Below, in pieces: positions 23,101-38,094 of a DNA stretch of 39,281 nucleotides. The DNA comes from Chiloscyllium plagiosum (Eukaryota). The first letter of the stretch is position 1. Each line of letters begins with the position of its first letter. Below the pieces are notes generated by a model, which saw nothing but the letters and a program-made list of their open reading frames with translations, did not search any database and was not told where the DNA came from. Where the stretch lies: NCBI RefSeq assembly GCF_004010195.1, contig NC_057752.1, positions 16,313,916 to 16,353,196 of the forward strand, in the 5' to 3' direction. Made by a program: the position numbers and the translations under genes.

Positions 23101-26100
23101 CTGACTCTCACTGGGATACAGTTCCTGAAGGGGCTGACTCTCACTGGGATACAGTTCCTGAAGGGGCTGACTCTCACTGGGATACAGTTCCTGAAGGGGC
23201 TGACTCTCACTGGGATACAGTTCCTGAAGGGGCTGACTCTCACTGGGATACAGTTCCTGAAGGGGCTGACTCTCACTGGGATACAGTTCCTGAAGGGGCT
23301 GACTCTCACTGGGATACAGTTCCTGAAGGGGCTGACTCTCACTGGGATACAGTTCCTGAAGGGGCTGACTCTCACTGGGATACAGTTCCTGAAGGGGCTG
23401 ACTCTCACTGGGATACAGTTCCTGAAGGGGCTGACTCTCACTGGGATACAGTTCCTGAAGGGGCTGACTCTCACTGGGATACAGTTCCTGAAGGGGCTGA
23501 CTCTCACTGGGATACAGTTCCTGAAGGGGCTGACTCTCACTGGGATACAGTTCCTGAAGGGGCTGACTCTCACTGGGATACAGTTCCTGAAGGTGCTGAC
23601 TCTCACTGGGATACAGTTCCTGAAGGGGCTGACTCTCACTGGGATACAGTTCCTGAAGGGGCTGACTCTCACTGGGATACAGTTCCTGAAGGGGCTGACT
23701 CTCACTGGGATACAGTTCCTGAAGGGGCTGACTCTCACTGGGATACAGTTCCTGAAGGGGCTGACTCTCACTGGGATACAGTTCCTGAAGGGGCTGACTC
23801 TCACTGGGATACAGTTCCTGAAGGGGCTGACTCTCACTGGGATACAGTTCCTGAAGGGGCTGACTCTCACTGGGATACAGTTCCTGAAGGGGCTGACTCT
23901 CACTGGGATACAGTTCCTGAAGGGGCTGACTCTCACTGGGATACAGTTCCTGAAGGGGCTGACTCTCACTGGGATACAGTTCCTGAAGGGGCTGACTCTC
24001 ACTGGGATACAGTTCCTGAAGGGGCTGACTCTCACTGGGATACAGTTCCTGAAGGGGCTGACTCTCACTGGGATACAGTTCCTGAAGGGGCTGACTCTCA
24101 CTGGGATACAGTTCCTGAAGGGGCTGACTCTCACTGGGATACAGTTCCTGAAGGGGCTGACTCTCACTGGGATACAGTTCCTGAAGGGGCTGACTCTCAC
24201 TGGGATACAGTTCCTGAAGGTGCTGACTCTCACTGGGATACAGTTCCTGAAGGGGCTGACTCTCACTGGGATACAGTTCCTGAAGGGGCTGACTCTCACT
24301 GGGATACAGTTCCTGAAGGGGCTGACTCTCACTGGGATACAGTTCCTGAAGGGGCTGACTCTCACTGGGATACAGTTCCTGAAGGGGCTGACTCTCACTG
24401 GGATACAGTTCCTGAAGGGGCTGACTCTCACTGGGATACAGTTCCTGAAGGGGCTGACTCTCACTGGGATACAGTTCCTGAAGGGGCTGACTCTCACTGG
24501 GATACAGTTCCTGAAGGGGCTGACTCTCACTGGGATACAGTTCCTGAAGGGGCTGACTCTCACTGGGATACAGTTCCTGAAGGGGCTGACTCTCACTGGG
24601 ATACAGTTCCTGAAGGGGCTGACTCTCACTGGGATACAGTTCCTGAAGGGGCTGACTCTCACTGGGATACAGTTCCTGAAGGGGCTGACTCTCACTGGGA
24701 TACAGTTCCTGAAGGGGCTGACTCTCACTGGGATACAGTTCCTGAAGGGGCTGACTCTCACTGGGATACAGTTCCTGAAGGGGCTGACTCTCACTGGGAT
24801 ACAGTTCCTGAAGGGGCTGACTCTCACTGGGATACAGTTCCTGAAGGTGCTGACTCTCACTGGGATACAGTTCCTGAAGGGGCTGACTCTCACTGGGATA
24901 CAGTTCCTGAAGGGGCTGACTCTCACTGGGATACAGTTCCTGAAGGGGCTGACTCTCACTGGGATACAGTTCCTGAAGGGGCTGACTCTCACTGGGATAC
25001 AGTTCCTGAAGGGGCTGACTCTCACTGGGATACAGTTCCTGAAGGGGCTGACTCTCACTGGGATACAGTTCCTGAAGGGGCTGACTCTCACTGGGATACA
25101 GTTCCTGAAGGGGCTGACTCTCACTGGGATACAGTTCCTGAAGGGGCTGACTCTCACTGGGATACAGTTCCTGAAGGGGCTGACTCTCACTGGGATACAG
25201 TTCCTGAAGGGGCTGACTCTCACTGGGATACAGTTCCTGAAGGGGCTGACTCTCACTGGGATACAGTTCCTGAAGGGGCTGACTCTCACTGGGATACAGT
25301 TCCTGAAGGGGCTGACTCTCACTGGGATACAGTTCCTGAAGGGGCTGACTCTCACTGGGATACAGTTCCTGAAGGGGCTGACTCTCACTGGGATACAGTT
25401 CCTGAAGGGGCTGACTCTCACTGGGATACAGTTCCTGAAGGGGCTGACTCTCACTGGGATACAGTTCCTGAAGGTGCTGACTCTCACTGGGATACAGTTC
25501 CTGAAGGGGCTGACTCTCACTGGGATACAGTTCCTGAAGGGGCTGACTCTCACTGGGATACAGTTCCTGAAGGGGCTGACTCTCACTGGGATACAGTTCC
25601 TGAAGGGGCTGACTCTCACTGGGATACAGTTCCTGAAGGGGCTGACTCTCACTGGGATACAGTTCCTGAAGGGGCTGACTCTCACTGGGATACAGTTCCT
25701 GAAGGGGCTGACTCTCACTGGGATACAGTTCCTGAAGGGGCTGACTCTCACTGGGATACAGTTCCTGAAGGGGCTGACTCTCACTGGGATACAGTTCCTG
25801 AAGGGGCTGACTCTCACTGGGATACAGTTCCTGAAGGGGCTGACTCTCACTGGGATACAGTTCCTGAAGGGGCTGACTCTCACTGGGATACAGTTCCTGA
25901 AGGGGCTGACTCTCACTGGGATACAGTTCCTGAAGGGGCTGACTCTCACTGGGATACAGTTCCTGAAGGGGCTGACTCTCACTGGGATACAGTTCCTGAA
26001 GGGGCTGACTCTCACTGGGATACAGTTCCTGAAGGGGCTGACTCTCACTGGGATACAGTTCCTGAAGGGGCTGACTCTCACTGGGATACAGTTCCTGAAG

Positions 26101-28592
26101 GTGCTGACTCTCACTGGGATACAGTTCCTGAAGGGGCTGACTCTCACTGGGATACAGTTCCTGAAGGGGCTGACTCTCACTGGGATACAGTTCCTGAAGG
26201 GGCTGACTCTCACTGGGATACAGTTCCTGAAGGGGCTGACTCTCACTGGGATACAGTTCCTGAAGGGGCTGACTCTCACTGGGATACAGTTCCTGAAGGG
26301 GCTGACTCTCACTGGGATACAGTTCCTGAAGGGGCTGACTCTCACTGGGATACAGTTCCTGAAGGGGCTGACTCTCACTGGGATACAGTTCCTGAAGGGG
26401 CTGACTCTCACTGGGATACAGTTCCTGAAGGGGCTGACTCTCACTGGGATACAGTTCCTGAAGGGGCTGACTCTCACTGGGATACAGTTCCTGAAGGGGC
26501 TGACTCTCACTGGGATACAGTTCCTGAAGGGGCTGACTCTCACTGGGATACAGTTCCTGAAGGGGCTGACTCTCACTGGGATACAGTTCCTGAAGGGGCT
26601 GACTCTCACTGGGATACAGTTCCTGAAGGGGCTGACTCTCACTGGGATACAGTTCCTGAAGGGGCTGACTCTCACTGGGATACAGTTCCTGAAGGGGCTG
26701 ACTCTCACTGGGATACAGTTCCTGAAGGTGCTGACTCTCACTGGGATACAGTTCCTGAAGGGGCTGACTCTCACTGGGATACAGTTCCTGAAGGGGCTGA
26801 CTCTCACTGGGATACAGTTCCTGAAGGGGCTGACTCTCACTGGGATACAGTTCCTGAAGGGGCTGACTCTCACTGGGATACAGTTCCTGAAGGGGCTGAC
26901 TCTCACTGGGATACAGTTCCTGAAGGGGCTGACTCTCACTGGGATACAGTTCCTGAAGGGGCTGACTCTCACTGGGATACAGTTCCTGAAGGGGCTGACT
27001 CTCACTGGGATACAGTTCCTGAAGGGGCTGACTCTCACTGGGATACAGTTCCTGAAGGGGCTGACTCTCACTGGGATACAGTTCCTGAAGGGGCTGACTC
27101 TCACTGGGATACAGTTCCTGAAGGGGCTGACTCTCACTGGGATACAGTTCCTGAAGGGGCTGACTCTCACTGGGATACAGTTCCTGAAGGGGCTGACTCT
27201 CACTGGGATACAGTTCCTGAAGGGGCTGACTCTCACTGGGATACAGTTCCTGAAGGGGCTGACTCTCACTGGGATACAGTTCCTGAAGGGGCTGACTCTC
27301 ACTGGGATACAGTTCCTGAAGGGGCTGACTCTCACTGGGATACAGTTCCTGAAGGTGCTGACTCTCACTGGGATACAGTTCCTGAAGGGGCTGACTCTCA
27401 CTGGGATACAGTTCCTGAAGGGGCTGACTCTCACTGGGATACAGTTCCTGAAGGGGCTGACTCTCACTGGGATACAGTTCCTGAAGGGGCTGACTCTCAC
27501 TGGGATACAGTTCCTGAAGGGGCTGACTCTCACTGGGATACAGTTCCTGAAGGGGCTGACTCTCACTGGGATACAGTTCCTGAAGGGGCTGACTCTCACT
27601 GGGATACAGTTCCTGAAGGGGCTGACTCTCACTGGGATACAGTTCCTGAAGGGGCTGACTCTCACTGGGATACAGTTCCTGAAGGGGCTGACTCTCACTG
27701 GGATACAGTTCCTGAAGGGGCTGACTCTCACTGGGATACAGTTCCTGAAGGGGCTGACTCTCACTGGGATACAGTTCCTGAAGGGGCTGACTCTCACTGG
27801 GATACAGTTCCTGAAGGGGCTGACTCTCACTGGGATACAGTTCCTGAAGGGGCTGACTCTCACTGGGATACAGTTCCTGAAGGGGCTGACTCTCACTGGG
27901 ATACAGTTCCTGAAGGGGCTGACTCTCACTGGGATACAGTTCCTGAAGGGGCTGACTCTCACTGGGATACAGTTCCTGAAGGGACTGACTCTCACTGGGA
28001 TACAGTTCCTGAAGGGGCTGACTCTCACTGGGATACAGTTCCTGAAGGTGCTGACTCTCACTGGGATACAGTTCCTGAAGGGGCTGACTCTCACTGGGAG
28101 ACAGTTCCTGAAGGGTCTGACTCTCACTGGGATACAGTTCCTGAAGGTGGTGACTCTCACTGGGATACAGTTCCTGAAGGGACTGACTCTCACTGGGATA
28201 CAGTTCCTGAAGGTGCTGCCTCTCACTGGGATACAGTTCCTGAAGGGACTGACTCTCACTGGGATACAGTTCCTGAGGGACTGACTCTCACTGGGTTACA
28301 GTTCCTGAAGGGACTGACTCTCTCTGGGATACAGTTCCTGAAGGTGCTGTCTCTCACTAGGATACAGTTCCTGAAGGGACTGACTCTCTCTGGGGTACAG
28401 TTCCTGAAGGTGCTGTCTCTCTCTGGGATACAGTTCCTGAAGGTGCTGTCTCTCACTGGGATACAGTCCCAGAAGGGACTGACTCTCACTGGGACACAGT
28501 TCCTGAAGGTGCTGACTCTCACTGGGACACAGTCCCTGAAGGGGCTGACTCTCACTGGGATTCAGTCCCTGAAGGGGCTGTCTCTCACTGGA
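20125..28592. repeat. 33-bp minisatellite array, about 256 copies, with a 627-bp higher-order period
   Basis: Unit GGGGCTGACTCTCACTGGGATACAGTTCCTGAA; G>T variant at 20459 + n x 627 for n = 0..11; diverged units only after about 27980. Confidence 0.99.
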
Positions 28593-29149
28593 ATGATACA
28601 TTGGAGGACCTCTCAAAGTAGATGCTGGGAAGGCATCTGCACAATGCTGGTTGGCGGTCGGGAAGGAGGGGAGGGGGAAGCTCAAACTATGGAACACAGG
28701 TACAGTAGCTGGGGAGCACTGAGAAGGGAAGGAATTTATTCTGGAATAGAATAGAAATCCTACAGACTGTCCCTCCCCCACCCAAACCCGGTAACCCCAC
28801 TTTCTACCAGATGGTTACAGGCTACCGTAACCCTGAGTTGTGGAGAGCTAGTATTTAAAGGGGGAAGCAGAAATACCAGGGAAATTGAGGTGATGAGAAG
28901 CTGACGTGAAAGAGAAGTTGAGGCTTGTGTCAGACTTAGATGTGATCGATGTTGTGCCGTGCTGTGGCTAAGGCACTGGCTGCATCATTAGAGGTGCTGT
29001 TCAGATCCCAGCACTGCCTGTTGTGCCAGGGGCCCAGTTGCCAGTTAAATTGAGGTAAGGGACTACTGACCAATTGTGGTGGTAGTGCCTCTACCTCTGG
29101 GCCAGGTTCTAGTCCCAGCTGCTCCAAACAAATGTCATAAAAGCGAGGA

Positions 29150-30140
<991 letters not shown>

Positions 30141-30479
30141 CGTATTCTTCACCCCTGCACCCCCCCCCCTACAACATTGAACGTTGCCGTCCCAGTGGTT
30201 GTGAAGTAGTGGCATGTGGGATCTCCCTATGCCAAGTGTGGCTGCACCTCTGTGAGCATCTGATCCCACGTCGGGCACCCCAGAGGCAGTGAGGTAGAGT
30301 TCTAGTAAAGCTGTGTCTTTGTATGTTCTGTGTCAGGACTGTACTGGATGCCCCACCTCCACCTCCCCCATCCCCCTCCATATTCCTCTGCATTTCCTTT
30401 CCATCACAGAATATCACAGAATCCCCACCAATGCGGAAGCAGGCCATTCGACACATTTAGGTCTACACGGCAATTCCTG

Positions 30480-30730
30480 AAACCCCACATTTCCCTGGGT
30501 ACTATGGGACAATTTCCCATGGCCAATCCAACCTAATATGCACATCCCTGGACACTATGGGACAATTTCCCATGGCTAGCCCATCCTAACCTGCACACCT
30601 TTGGACTGAGAGAGCAAACCCACGCAGACACTGGGTATGGACGTGCAAACTCCATACAGACAGTTACCTGAGGCTGGAATGAAATCCGGGTCCCTGGCGC
30701 TGTGAGGCAGCAGTGCTAACCACTGGGCCT
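30480..30730 (-). mobile_element. HE1-type SINE fragment with internal duplication
   Basis: Reverse complement of the SINE head (gtgaggcagcagtgctaaccactg) and duplicated ctatgggacaatttcccatggc. Confidence 0.8.
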
Positions 30731-30828
30731 CTATGTTCTTGATGTCAATGAGTTCCCGCAGAGCAGTGGACGTTTGCTGCTGGTGCACTGGAACATGTGG
30801 GTTGTGTTGGTTTGTGTGAATCAAGTGA

Positions 30829-31098
<270 letters not shown>

Positions 31099-31229
31099 TA
31101 GTGCCATATCCCTGTTCTTATGTAAATTCTTTCCCTTCTGTTACTCATCCAGATCTGTTTTAAACGTGCTATCAGCTAACGCTGACAATTTAATACCAAT
31201 CACAACGAATGTATTTAAAATTCATTTGT

Positions 31230-31505
31230 AGGATGTCAGTGTTATTGGCCAGCAAACATTTTTACCCGTTCGTCGTCCCCCCCCCTTGCTGCTGCAGTCC
31301 ATGTGCTGGAGGGTAGACCCACAATGTCCCTGAGGGAGGGAATCCCAGGATTCTGACCCAGCCACACTGAGGGAACGGGGATATATTTCCAAGTCGGGAT
31401 GGTGAGGGGCTCGGAGGGGAACTTGCAGGGGGTGGGGTTCCGTGTATCTGCTGCCCCTTGTCCTTCTAGATGGAAGTGGCCGTGGGTTTGGAAGGTACTG
31501 TTAGA
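31230..31505 (-). mobile_element. CR1/L2-clade LINE 3' fragment, same family as 6940-7345
   Basis: agggagggaatcccaggattctgacccagccacactgagggaac is the reverse complement of the sequence at about 7165-7210. Confidence 0.7.
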
Positions 31506-32659
31506 GAAATGTGGCACCAAGGAAATTAGGATGATTGGCCAAGACCTCACCAATGACCTGGGTGTCAGTCGTCAGCCCGATTGTTTGGGGCATTAGTGAG
31601 ACAGTTTAAATTTAATCAGTAATCACCGGGACCTGGAGGAAACCATTAGCATCATGACTGTTGCATCATTTAATTACATCATGATGTGTGATCTAACAGC
31701 ACGTCTGCGCACACTACATCACCCCCTTCCCTCGCGTCACCCCCCAACCTCCACATCAACTTTCTTTTATCCTGAATCACTCTGGATAACAAGACTCCAT
31801 CAATCTCTGATTTTAAAGTTAATCATTGATGCAGCCTCGGTTGCTGATTGATGTGGAAGAGTTCCAAACTTCTAACACACCTGGTGTAAAAAAACAGCAT
31901 GTGTAATGTCACTGCTGGAACACTCGGCTGTAATTGTAACGAGCTGTGTCCCCTCGTTCTCCAAAACCCGGCCTGCAGGACGTTGCCTCCATACATGTGC
32001 ACAGCAAGAAACTCTGAAGCAAGCAGTGGATTGATATTTTTAGATTACACTGAGGGGGCTCAGAAAAGGTTGTACCAGAACCTCCTTCCCAAACACCTTT
32101 GTCATAAAGACAGACGCGTACACGCCATTCAGTCCATCATGTTAGCACCATTCGATAAAGAATCCCACATATCTTTTTTTTAAATCTTCCACCTCTCACC
32201 TTAAAATTACACCCCCTAGAATTGAAAGCCCCCACTTAGGGAAAGACTCTTGCTATTCACCTCATGATTTTATAAACCTATAAACCACGTCTCAACCTCC
32301 TCCACTCCAGTGAAAGAAGAGTCCCAGTCTATCCAGCTTTTCCCCATAACTCAAACCCTCCATTTCCGCAACATCCTGATCAACGTTTTCTGAGCCCCCT
32401 CCATGTAATCTTAGAGATTCATTCACCTTGGGCTGAGTTGAGTTGAGCTTGAATCGTGTGGGTTTATTTTCACTGGAGTTTGCAATGTGGCAACGTAATG
32501 TTCCCTCTGGCAACCACAGTAATAGTCTCGGGATAAGCAATTGGCCATCTTGACCAATGTGAGGAATAATCTCTTCACTCAGAGTTTTGAGTCTTTGGAG
32601 CTCCCGATCTTGACAAGTTATAGGGTGATGATCGTCTGGAAGATCAACTGCTGCCCACA

Positions 32660-32787
32660 GTGGGTACTGCAGATGCTGGAGATTAGAGTCAAGATTAGAG
32701 TGGTGCTGGAAAAGCACAGCAGGTCAGGCAGCATCCGAGAAGGAGGAAAATTGACATTTCGGGCAAAAGCCCTTTATTAGGAATGCT
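32660..32787 (-). mobile_element. Penelope-like terminal fragment
   Basis: gtggtgctggaaaagcacagcaggtcaggcagcatccga...tttcgggcaaaagccc, as at about 6141. Confidence 0.6.
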
Positions 32788-32909
32788 GCCCACGCTAACC
32801 AATTCCCTTTAAACATGCAGGAAAATGGGTTGTTAACCTGCTAAATTCCATGGAACACTATGAACTCAGTCCACCTGCACTAAACAGAGACAACTCATGC
32901 TTCCTTACT

Positions 32910-33640
32910 TAGTCATACAGCACGGAAACAGACTCTTTGGTCCAACCAGTCCATACCGAATGTAATCTCAGACTAAACTAGTCCCACCTGCCTGTTCCTG
33001 GCCCATATCCCTCCAAACCTTTCCTCTTCATATACTCATCCAAATATCTTTTAAACATTGTGACTGTACTCACATCCACCACTTCCTCAGGAAGTTAGAT
33101 TACATTACATTACAGTGTGGAAACAGGCCCTTCGGCCCAACAAGTCCACACCGACCCACCAAAGCGTAACCCACCCCTACCCCTACATTTACCCCTTACC
33201 AAACACTACGGGCAATTTAGCATGGCCAATTCACCTGACCTGCACATCTTTGGACTGTGGGAGGAAACCGGAGCACCCGGAGGAAACCCACACAGACACG
33301 GGGAGAACGTGCAAACTCCACACAGTCAGTCGCCTGAGTCGGGAATTGAACCCGGGTCTCTGGTGCTGTGAGGCAGCAGTGCTAACCACTGTGCTACCGT
33401 GCCGCCCATATTCCACCTTCTATGTAAAGAAATTGCCTCTTATGTCTTTAAATCTCTCTCCTGTCTCCTTAAAAATGTGGCCCCAAATCTTGAAATCCCC
33501 CATCCTAGGGAAAAGACAGTGACCATGAACTCTATCTATACCCCTCGTTATTTTATAAACTTCTATCAGGTCACCTCTCAACCTTCTGCACTCCAGTGGA
33601 AAAAGTCCCAGCCTTTATTCATCATTCAAACCTTCTGACC
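32910..33640 (-). mobile_element. CR1 3' fragment interrupted by a full-length HE1-type SINE (about 33097-33407)
   Basis: CR1 sequence ...cacttcctcaggaagtt [SINE] atattccac...; the SINE head gggcggcacggtagcacagtggttagcactgc and a short (taatg)n tail read on the minus strand. Confidence 0.8.
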
Positions 33641-33893
33641 ACCCAAGTGCAGTGACTGGTTGTGGAAGATGGTGGTAGCTGACCTGTCAGGAGCTTATGA
33701 CAGTGCAGGCCCCTACGGTGATAAGGCACACCATGCTGGCTTTTCGACTGTCTGCTGTCTGTGCATCGATGGGTCTGTCAGGAACGTGCACATTGTGGGT
33801 AATAGCTAGGTCAGAGATGAAAGTGGTTACCTTTCCATCTTCCTAACATGTCTGTTTTTCTCCCTCTCCTCCCCCCCCAACTTCATGTTGCAG

Positions 33894-33934
33894 CCATTTT
33901 CCAGATTATTCAGAGCATCAGGATGGGAGCATGA
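33894..33934 (+). CDS. SERP/RAMP4 exon 3 (terminal)
   Basis: Pyrimidine tract then ttgcag; (A)IFQIIQSIRMGA* with TGA at 33932-33934; total protein 66 aa. Confidence 0.96.
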
Positions 33935-35147
33935 AGGACAGTCAGGCCAGCAGTAATGGTTTTCTCCTTCAGCCACGGTTATTTTGTTTCTTGGACTCCT
34001 GACCAACTCCTGACTACCCCCTCTCGGACTGCACTGTGATAACTTTCTCGTCTTACCAAGTTGCCGACACCGAAAAGCCTGCATCCTTAATCAGTATTTT
34101 GCAGCAATAATCAAGGCGGGTGCACCTCGTAGACGGCTTTATATATCGAAGTATGGAATATATAATATAAATTACAGAGAATCAAAGCATCATGAATTCC
34201 TCTGACTGCCTCACTGGCAAAACTGAACAGTGTTCCAGGTCTGCAACAGCACACATTCCAGCTTGTTCAAGGTCTGGTTCCACAGACCAGCTGCCCGTTT
34301 ATGTAACTGCATGGCCTCCCTCACTAGCATTACCCCACATACCCGCCCAAAGGACCCTGAAATCGCAGCTAGTGTTTTGAACTTTGTCTTTTCCTTCGGT
34401 CTCAGCAGTCCTGCATTGCCCTTGGACTCTGGCCCTGGATTGCAACCCCTTCTCCAACCTGTTCGCTCCTCTGATCTTGTAGTTAATCAATCTGTTTTAT
34501 ACTTCTTTTTAAAAAGTCCATTTAATGAGATACACGGGACCAACATTGAAGCAATGAGACCTGTCTTTTTATATCAAACCTTCCAGTTATGATCAGGTGG
34601 TTTACACTGTCATAACACTTGATCTTTCCTTGTGGATCTCGAAGAAACAAGCCACTGTCTGCATGTAAACAGATGGGGACTCGTATAGATCAGAGGCTAG
34701 CACAGATACCATGGCCCATCAAGCCAGCCACTCGCTGTGCTTCCTCTTTCCTGGGGCAATCCTCGGCCCTTTCCAGAGGATAGTGTGCACTAATTCTTTA
34801 TAAATTCACCATTTTACTGTCCAGCTAAGCAGCTTTCAGATGCCCCGGCAGTGGGGAGCTATGTAAATGTAGGTTAATTTTGTATTTTGTCCCCTTACCC
34901 AGCCCCGTTTTTTCCACTGCTTTGATCCTGAATCCGATGCGCGGTATCTGATTGGATACAAATCTCCAAGTGCATTGAACACATTCCAGTGAGCTTAGTG
35001 GTAGGCTCCAATCTCATCTTCCAGTTGGAATGAGCCTCATTCCAGCCACTTGGTGTGCCACAAGACCATGTTACTCCAATAGGCTGACAGGACATAATAC
35101 ACACTCGCTGATGTGGAAGGAACACTTTGTGTTCTTGTTGAGAGTGG

Positions 35148-35892
35148 TGTAAAGGGAGCTTTACTCTGTATCTAACCCTGTGCTGTCCCTGTCCTGGGAG
35201 TGTTTGATGGGGACAGTGTAGAGGGAGTGTTACTCTGTGTCAAACTCCGTGCTGTCCCTGTCCCTGGGAGTGTTTGATAGGGGACAATGTAGAGGGAGCT
35301 TTACTCTGTATCAAACCTCATGCTGTCCCTGTCCTGGGAGTGTTTGATGGGGAACAGTGTAGAGGGAGCTTTACTCTGTATCAAACCTCATGCTGTCCCT
35401 GTCCCTGGGAGTGTTTGATGGGGGAACAGTGTAGAGGAAGCTTTACTCTGTATCTAACCCCGTGCTGTCCCTGTCCTGGGAGTGTTTGATGGGGACAGTG
35501 TAGAGGGAGCTTTACTCTGTATCTAACCCCGTGCTGTCCCTGTCCCTGGGAGTGTTTGATGGGGAACAGTGTAGAGGGAGTGTTACCCTGTCTCTAACCC
35601 CGTGCTATCCCTGTCCCTGGGAGTGTTTGATGGGGGACAGTGTAGAGGGAGTGTTACCCTGTCTCTAGCCCCGTGCTGTCCCTGTCCCTGGGAGTGTTTG
35701 ATGGGGGACAGTGTAGAGGGAGTGTTACCCTGTCTCTAACCCCGTGCTGTCCCTGTCCCTGGGGGGTGTGTGATGGGGGAGAGTGTAGAGGGAGTGTTAC
35801 CCTGTCTCTAACCCCGTGCTGTCCCTGTCCCTGGGGGGTGTGTGATGGGGGAGAGTGTAGAGGGAGTGTTACCCTGTCTCTAACCCCGTGCC
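35148..35892 (-). repeat. 70-bp minisatellite, about 10 copies, same family as 9325 and 11317
   Basis: gggagtgtttgatggggacagtgtagagggagctttactctgtatctaaccccgtgctgtccctgtcc units. Confidence 0.95.
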
Positions 35893-37918
35893 TATCTGTA
35901 GTTACTACGAGCTGTTGACCCAGTGATGTAATTGAGTGGAAATCTTTTCATTGGCAGCTCCCTGGAGTTGGAGTTTTCCAACTCGATTGCAGAACGTACC
36001 TCTGTGATACTGTGCCTCCCCAACCCCCCCAATCCATACCAATACCACTACCAAACCAGTGTGCTATCCTCTACTCTCCAGCCGTTGTCTCTCAGGTGAG
36101 GACTATGTGGGACGTTGATTTCACCTCTTCCCTCCACCCCCTTCCCTTTTGTGTCTGGTTGGTTTTGACCCCCTGCCCTTGGAGATTGAGGGGATGCCCA
36201 ACACAATTAGTTTGGCCTGGAGTAGTGTGCAGGAAGTTCCTGAACCCCACTGACAGAGGCCCGTGTGTGTGACTCACTGCCATAGTCCATTACTGGTGCT
36301 CAGGGTCACCCTGAGGGGGGGAGGGGGCATGGCACTGTGGCTGTCCCAAACAGAAGCCTTAGCCATCATCATCTCTGGCCTTGTTGATCTTGATGTGTTT
36401 GATCATGTATTGCCAAGCGGGACAGTAGTCTGTTCTGTCGATTCCCCAAGATTACCATCTGTGGACCAATGATGTCCGGGTGGCTGCTGTATGAGCCATG
36501 TCTCCGAGCAAGGCTATTCCTGAAATTGTCCCCTCATCGCGCAGCAAATGTGGAAACCTGTATTGTGCTGTAAGGGTCCTCGCATTTACCATGTGGAGTG
36601 GGATAAATCTGCACCTCCCCACTGTCACAGTAGGAGACCAGCAAAGCTGCTTTTTTTCTGTATCTTTGTTGGTTGGGTGGGGTGGGGAAGAGGCTGGGAC
36701 CAGCTCTGAGCATGCTGAGAGTCACGGGGGGAAGAGATGGGATTGTGGGTATAAAGCTGCCCCTCGCACAAAGACCATTGTCTCACTCTTTCTTCACTTG
36801 GAATATCCACCCACCCACCAAAATAAAACTACAACCCTACTTCGCTGGTTACAGGATGGGTGACTAATTGGTTTTCGTTTTAAATCGTTGAATTTGAGCT
36901 CTTGTACCTGAGAAATTGAACTTTTGATCACCATTTTTGGAACTCCTGTAAAGTCTTCAAACAGCAATAAAAGTGTACCTCTCCTTATAAACTGTCTGAG
37001 TTTTCTGCTTCAGGAGCTCTCCTGCTGGGATTGTGCACCCTCCCCCCAGGTTTGTCGATTTGGGTGCTCAGGGTTTCTGCAACTGAGAGATGTACTGACA
37101 GCTGGAGTGTGACATATTTACATTGAGAAATACCATTATCACAGCATCACACGTGACTAACACCACTGAGAGACACCTCCCTGCACACCCCCTTGTATCT
37201 CTCAATCTACCAGCTTCCCTTACAACACCTCATTCACTAACACAATCCTGCATGAAGGGATTTGACCCACTGGCTCTTCAAATAATTTGGAAGAATTAGT
37301 GGCCAATAAGGAAATGATAATATTGAAAGGTTTACGCAAGAATCTGGGAATGGCTATCGAATCTGTCAGAGAATTGTTACTCTGCAGGAGGTGACCATCT
37401 GTTGTGCAGCTCACTGATTTCACCCATACCCTGCAAATTCCCAGGGCCCTGCCATTAATTGTGTGTAAGTGCTGTCCTTGCATGTTTTTCCAAAATATCT
37501 CTCATTTATTCAAATTAAACTCCACCTGACACTCTTAAACCAATGGTCCAATTGATCAAGATCTCTTTGTAATCCTCGATGACCTTCACTGTCCATTACA
37601 CCATCAATTTTGGCATCATTTGCAAAATGATTAACCATGCCTCCGTAATAACCTTCTGAAGCTGGGGGCATTTTCTTCTCTGTTTACTCTGTCCAGACTC
37701 CTCGTGACTGTGAAACATTCCATCATATCTCCCTTCTACCTTTCCCAAGACAAACTGCTCCAACTTTGCCAATCTATATCCGTGATTAAAATTCCCCAAC
37801 CTTTAAACCACTGGGATAAATCTTTATTTTAGTCACACGTACCTAGGTACAATGAAAAGTTTTGTGTGCAGTACAGGCTGATCATACTGTCCAAAGTGCA
37901 TTGAGGTAATAAAGCAGA

Positions 37919-38094
37919 GCTGAAAATGTGTTGCTGGAAACGCGCAGCAGGTCAGGCAGTATCCAAGGAGCAGGAGAATCGACGTTTCGGTTTTGCCCGA
38001 AACGTCGATTCTCCTGCTCCTTGGATGCTGCCTGACCTGCTGCGCTTTTCCAGCAACACATTTTCAGCATCTGCAGTCCTCACTTTCTCCTGGA
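37919..38094. mobile_element. Palindromic Penelope-like end insertion flanked by a direct repeat
   Basis: About 72-bp inverted arms (37919-37990 and 37997-38068); AGGTAATAAAGCAGAGC at 37904-37920 and 38095-38111. Confidence 0.75.

Noticed and set aside
20125..28592. CRISPR-like array or giant repeat proteins (ORFs 20089..28284 and 20124..28259)
   Set aside because: Units are head-to-tail with no unique spacers and the context is eukaryotic. The ORFs follow from a stop-free 33-bp unit.
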